Source of the DNA: Paragordius varius
Taxonomy: Eukaryota > Animalia > Nematomorpha
Assembly (NCBI GenBank): GCA_964247055.1
Contig: OZ176056.1
Coordinates: 1,054,001-1,118,000 of the forward strand
Direction: 5' to 3'
DNA length: 64,000 nt
Shown here in pieces: positions 60,601 through 64,000 of the stretch. The first letter of the stretch is position 1, and the number at the start of each line of letters is the position of its first letter. The position numbers and the translations under genes are program-made. Under the pieces are notes generated by a model. It was not told the DNA's origin, did no database searches, and saw only the letters and a list, made by a program, of their open reading frames with translations.

Positions 60601-63456
60601 TATCTATCAATTTTTTCATTTTAAACCTATTCGTTTAAGTAATCGAAACCTTATAAATAATTTTCATCATTCAGGAACCGTATATCTTAATATATTTCTA
60701 AAAAAATATATTAATTTCAACAAGATTTTAACCTGTAATTAAATATATATAAGTTTGCTAAATTATAAAATACAATTTTTCCATTAAAAGTTTATAAATT
60801 AATAATTTTGTTGAATTGGAAAAAATAATTGAAACAAAGAAAAAAATAGTTTTGAAATATAATTTCAAATAAAAAATATATTATAAATAAGAAAAATTGA
60901 GTTAAAAAAATAAAATAAGTAATTACATGCAAAAAGTTTGGTTTAATCCAAAGTTAAAAAGTTTAAAGACCAACTTGAACTGTTCAATGACACTGTTGAA
61001 GTGCAAATGTATATAATATGTTACGAAAATATTTTTTTAAGTCGTAAATATTTTATACCATTTACACCTAATTTTTTCACCCTTAAACATTTCACAGCTT
61101 CGAGTTTTTTAGTTACAAAATAATCTTAAAATAAAATTGTGTAAATTCAAAAAAGCCCTATATTTTATGATATATGTTAAAAAAGAAAGCATTTTTCCTA
61201 ATTATTTATAAAATAACATAGTTTTTCCATAATTTTTAAAAACAGACATATAATTTAAAGGGTAATTTTTAAATATTTAGGGTGAATTAAATGGTTATAT
61301 AAAGTAAAAATTGAAGTTATACGGACAAAACGTAAAAATATAAAGACAAATATTTTTTTAAAAAAGACAACCATAGTATTTAAAACATAAATTATTCCTA
61401 GTAAAATACTAAAAACAAACCTAAATATAATTAATTATGATACCAATATACATCTATATTTTTATACTTTGGAAAGAATATAAAACAATGAGTTAAATTT
61501 ATATTAATCAAAATGTAAAAAGTATGGTTGTCTCTTTTTGTAAAAAATATTTGTCTTTATATTTTTACGTCTCAATTTATACTGTATAATTTACTTTTGA
61601 CGTTTAACTTTCATCATGCTGTTTTGTTGAAGTAATTTTGTATTTTGAGCAATTTCAATCCCACTGATTAAATTTGATGGATTTGTGTTGATTGATTTTT
61701 TCTTTAAACGAATTTTAATTTGCGGTTTCAGGCCGACAGTTGTTTGATTGTTATTTAAGGAAGGCGAAACAGCTAAGTTAAAAAAGAAATAAACTATAAA
61801 TTGATATTATACGGGGGCAAAACGTAAAAATATAAAGACAAATATTATTTTTAAATTATTAATCTTAATTGTTATAATGATAACTTATTGTTTGAAACAA
61901 CTATAAAGTATAGGAAATAAAGATGTAATTTTATAACAACACAAGCAATTTATGAGTATAAGATTGTAATTAAATTATTTTAATAGGATAAATTAAGGTT
62001 TAAAAATGTAACATTGTCTTTTAGAAAAAAATTTGTCTTTATATTTTTACGTTTTGTCCCTATAATTTCAATTTTTACTAAAACTATATATATATATATA
62101 TATATATATATGATTTGGTGAAACATTTATAAAAAAAATATCACATAAAACTTTACTTTTCTATAAACAATCAATTATCAGCTACAAAAATAGGGCAGAA
62201 AAAGACAAGACTGTTGTATGTCATTAAATATTTCCAGTTAAACAATTATTCAGGAAAAAAATTATATTTTTAAAAACTGGATATTTGTCAATTATTAATT
62301 GGCAATAATTTTTCATTATATACCATTTACAATTCAAATTCACCCCCAAATAATTTTTTTAAGATTATATTTTTATATATTTTAAAAAATAAAATTTTGT
62401 TTAAAATCAAAATAGTACTCAAAAAATAAAAAACTATGCCATAAAGATATATTTCAAAGTAATAATGAGTTATATTAGTTCGAAAACACATAATTTATTT
62501 TTAGAGTGAATTTGAATTGTTCAAGGGTGAATTTGAACTGTAAATGGTATAATTTAACGATATTGTAAATGTTTTTACCCAATTATTTTAGAAAGTAAAA
62601 CGTAATTCAAATACACTTCATCAAGGTATTATTATATGTTAAAAAATATTCAAAAGTGGTTAAATATTAAAATTTTTTAACTAAAATTAAATTCTATACC
62701 TTTGATTGGGCATACTGTGTAACAAGGAGCTTGTTTTTGTTTTACATCGTGATTTATATTAACAATGCTTTCATGAGAAGAAAGGTTATTTCTAGCACAA
62801 ATATCTGCTGGGTTTTGACAACTATTTTTGGCTGGTTTTCCAATTTTATAATTCATGAGGGAACTTAAGGCATTTTCTTCCCCTAAGAGCAAATGAATAT
62901 GAATATAAATTATAATTAATAAATGTTGATATAAAACAAAAAACTTTTTTCTATTGAAAAGTCCCGTTAATTAATTTAGAGGTTTGTTGTAAGAATGAAA
63001 CTGAAAACATAAAAATGTAAAAAATAAAAGATAAAAATTTATTAAATATAAACATAATAATACTATTTAAAACCTTACTATTTAAATGGAAAACATTGCT
63101 AGATATTTGATTTGTAAGAAAAAATCGAGGTTTATAAACTTTTTGATTAAAGTTGACAACACTTTAAAAAAAATAAAATTATACTTATAAGTGAGCCTTA
63201 TATTTCATAGAAGTAAAAGTAGTAAAAAATTATATAAATTCGTAAATTTCTGTTAATAATTAACATTGTCCACCCCATTCAAAATTGCGCAAACATTTCA
63301 CACCAAACTAAATATCGTGAAAAAAAAGTATTACTTTTAACGCTATCCTTCAAATCATTAATGTCAATAGGTGGGATTTTTGGCTTTTTGTCTTGATAAT
63401 AATACCCAGCGATCGTTTCCCCCAATAAAATCTGCCCAAAGTTTAATGGCTCTTTG
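54665..63456 (-). CDS. PWWP-domain chromatin protein, 5'-partial, >765 aa; exons 63456-63342, 63307-63265, 62882-62700, 61772-61595, 60156-59730, 59251-59110, 58127-57699, 57189-57019, 56607-56377, 55844-55563, 54762-54665
   Basis: PWWP motif DLVWGKIAGYPWWPAKLL...CLISWFG, NLS-like KKRRKR, and long Asn/Ser/Lys-rich linkers. Phases are consistent across all 11 exons. The first in-window exon is phase 2, so the start is upstream and was not found. Confidence 0.85.
54797..55091. mobile_element. Tc1-type MITE family 1, full-length (295 bp)
   Basis: TA|CAGTAAAAATTG...CCCGTATAATTTTAGTTTCTACTG|TA in the last PWWP-gene intron. Confidence 0.92.
55970..56125. mobile_element. MITE family 2 copy (short)
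   Basis: ACATTTACAG..TCACCCTTGAACAA left; AAGGGTGAATTTGAATTGTA right. Confidence 0.7.
58493..59009. mobile_element. MITE family 2 copy with an expanded minisatellite (~10 x 21 bp left arm, ~6 right arm)
   Basis: Tandem TTGAACAATTCAAATTCACCC at 58505-58730, inverted copies at 58880-59000, ending GTAAATGGTA|TA. Confidence 0.9.
60181..60382. mobile_element. Tc1-type MITE family 1 (internally deleted, ~200 bp)
   Basis: TA|CAGTAAAAACTCAAATTATACGGAC...GTCCGTATAATTTTATTTTTTACT, 22 nt from the acceptor at 60158-60157. Confidence 0.85.
61055..61295. mobile_element. MITE family 2 copy (degraded)
   Basis: TATACCATTTACA left; AGGGTGAATTAAATGGT right. Confidence 0.6.
61310..62080. mobile_element. Two family-1 MITEs (~61310-61584 and ~61795-62080) flanking PWWP exon 61772-61595
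   Basis: Both have family TIRs. Their termini lie about 9 nt from the donor and about 20 nt from the acceptor of that exon. Confidence 0.8.
62321..62549. mobile_element. MITE family 2, full-length minimal copy (229 bp)
   Basis: TA|TACCATTTACAATTCAAATTCACCC...GGGTGAATTTGAACTGTAAATGGTA|TA. Confidence 0.9.
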
Positions 63457-63594
63457 CTATATAGTATAATAATTAAAATTAAAAAATATAAATTATTGAA
63501 TAAAACGTGTAAAAATATTTTATAAATAAAAATATTTTTTTAAAAGGACAACTGCACTTTTAAAAATTTAGTCTCTTTAAATATATAATTTAGA

Positions 63595-63888
63595 GACCCT
63601 TGAACAATTTAAATTCACCCTCCTAAAATGAATTGTGTGTTTTTTAAGATCAAAATTTAACTTAAATTATTAATATTTTTAGAATAAGAAATTTTGTTTA
63701 AAATTAATATGATGGTGAAAAAATAATGAACAATGACGTAAAAATATATTTTTTAATAATGATGAGTTATTTTAGCCTGAAAACACATAATATATTTTTA
63801 ATGTGAATTTGAATTGTTCAAGGGTGAATTTAAATTGTTTGAGGGTGATGTTGAATTGTTTAAGGGTGAATTTGAATTGTAAATGGTA
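63595..63888. mobile_element. MITE family 2 copy (left end truncated)
   Basis: CCCTTGAACAATTTAAATTCACCC left; about four inverted 21-mers, then GTAAATGGTA|TA. Confidence 0.8.
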
Positions 63889-64000
63889 TATAAATCATAA
63901 TATTGGATTGCTTAATAAAGAATATAGATGTGTAAATAGTCTAGGTGTGAAAACTTTGTTTTTTTAAAAATATTTGTCTTTAAGTTTTTTAATTTATCTA

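Noticed and set aside
1-64000. tRNA, rRNA or snRNA genes
   Set aside because: No recognisable cloverleaf, rRNA or U1/U2/U6 signature was seen by eye. Divergent ncRNAs cannot be excluded without covariance-model searches.

Overview
Very AT-rich eukaryotic genomic DNA, probably from a highly derived animal (inference from the gene types). It has GT-AG spliceosomal introns and reads in the standard genetic code. Seven protein-coding genes were reconstructed by hand with phase-consistent exon chains: a cytosolic sulfotransferase (-), a divergent SNAPC2/SNAP45-like gene (-) head-to-head with mitochondrial ribosomal protein L24 (+), a DPP7/S28 peptidase (+), an intronless MUS81 (+), an orphan ~1164-aa type II membrane mucin-like protein (+), and a 5'-partial PWWP-domain protein (-). 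Intron sizes are bimodal: 26-34 nt micro-introns, mostly near gene 5' ends, coexist with 0.3-4 kb introns largely filled by MITEs. Repeats include about 25 copies of a TA|CAGT...ACTG|TA Tc1-type MITE, 7 copies of a MITE carrying a 21-bp minisatellite in its TIRs, hAT-like MITEs, a ~920-bp long-TIR element, decayed mariner and RTE-type retrotransposon relics, and three copies of a Helitron/foldback-like element built from ~155/310-bp subrepeats. Two of those three copies sit head-to-head as a ~3.6-kb intronic palindrome. Other observations: a tandem array of duplicated 3' splice sites in the SNAPC2-like gene, and a GCGGYWAY motif 9-16 nt upstream of four start codons. No rRNA, tRNA or CRISPR array was recognised. 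Family names come from recalled motifs, not database searches; repeat boundaries are approximate unless termini are quoted.
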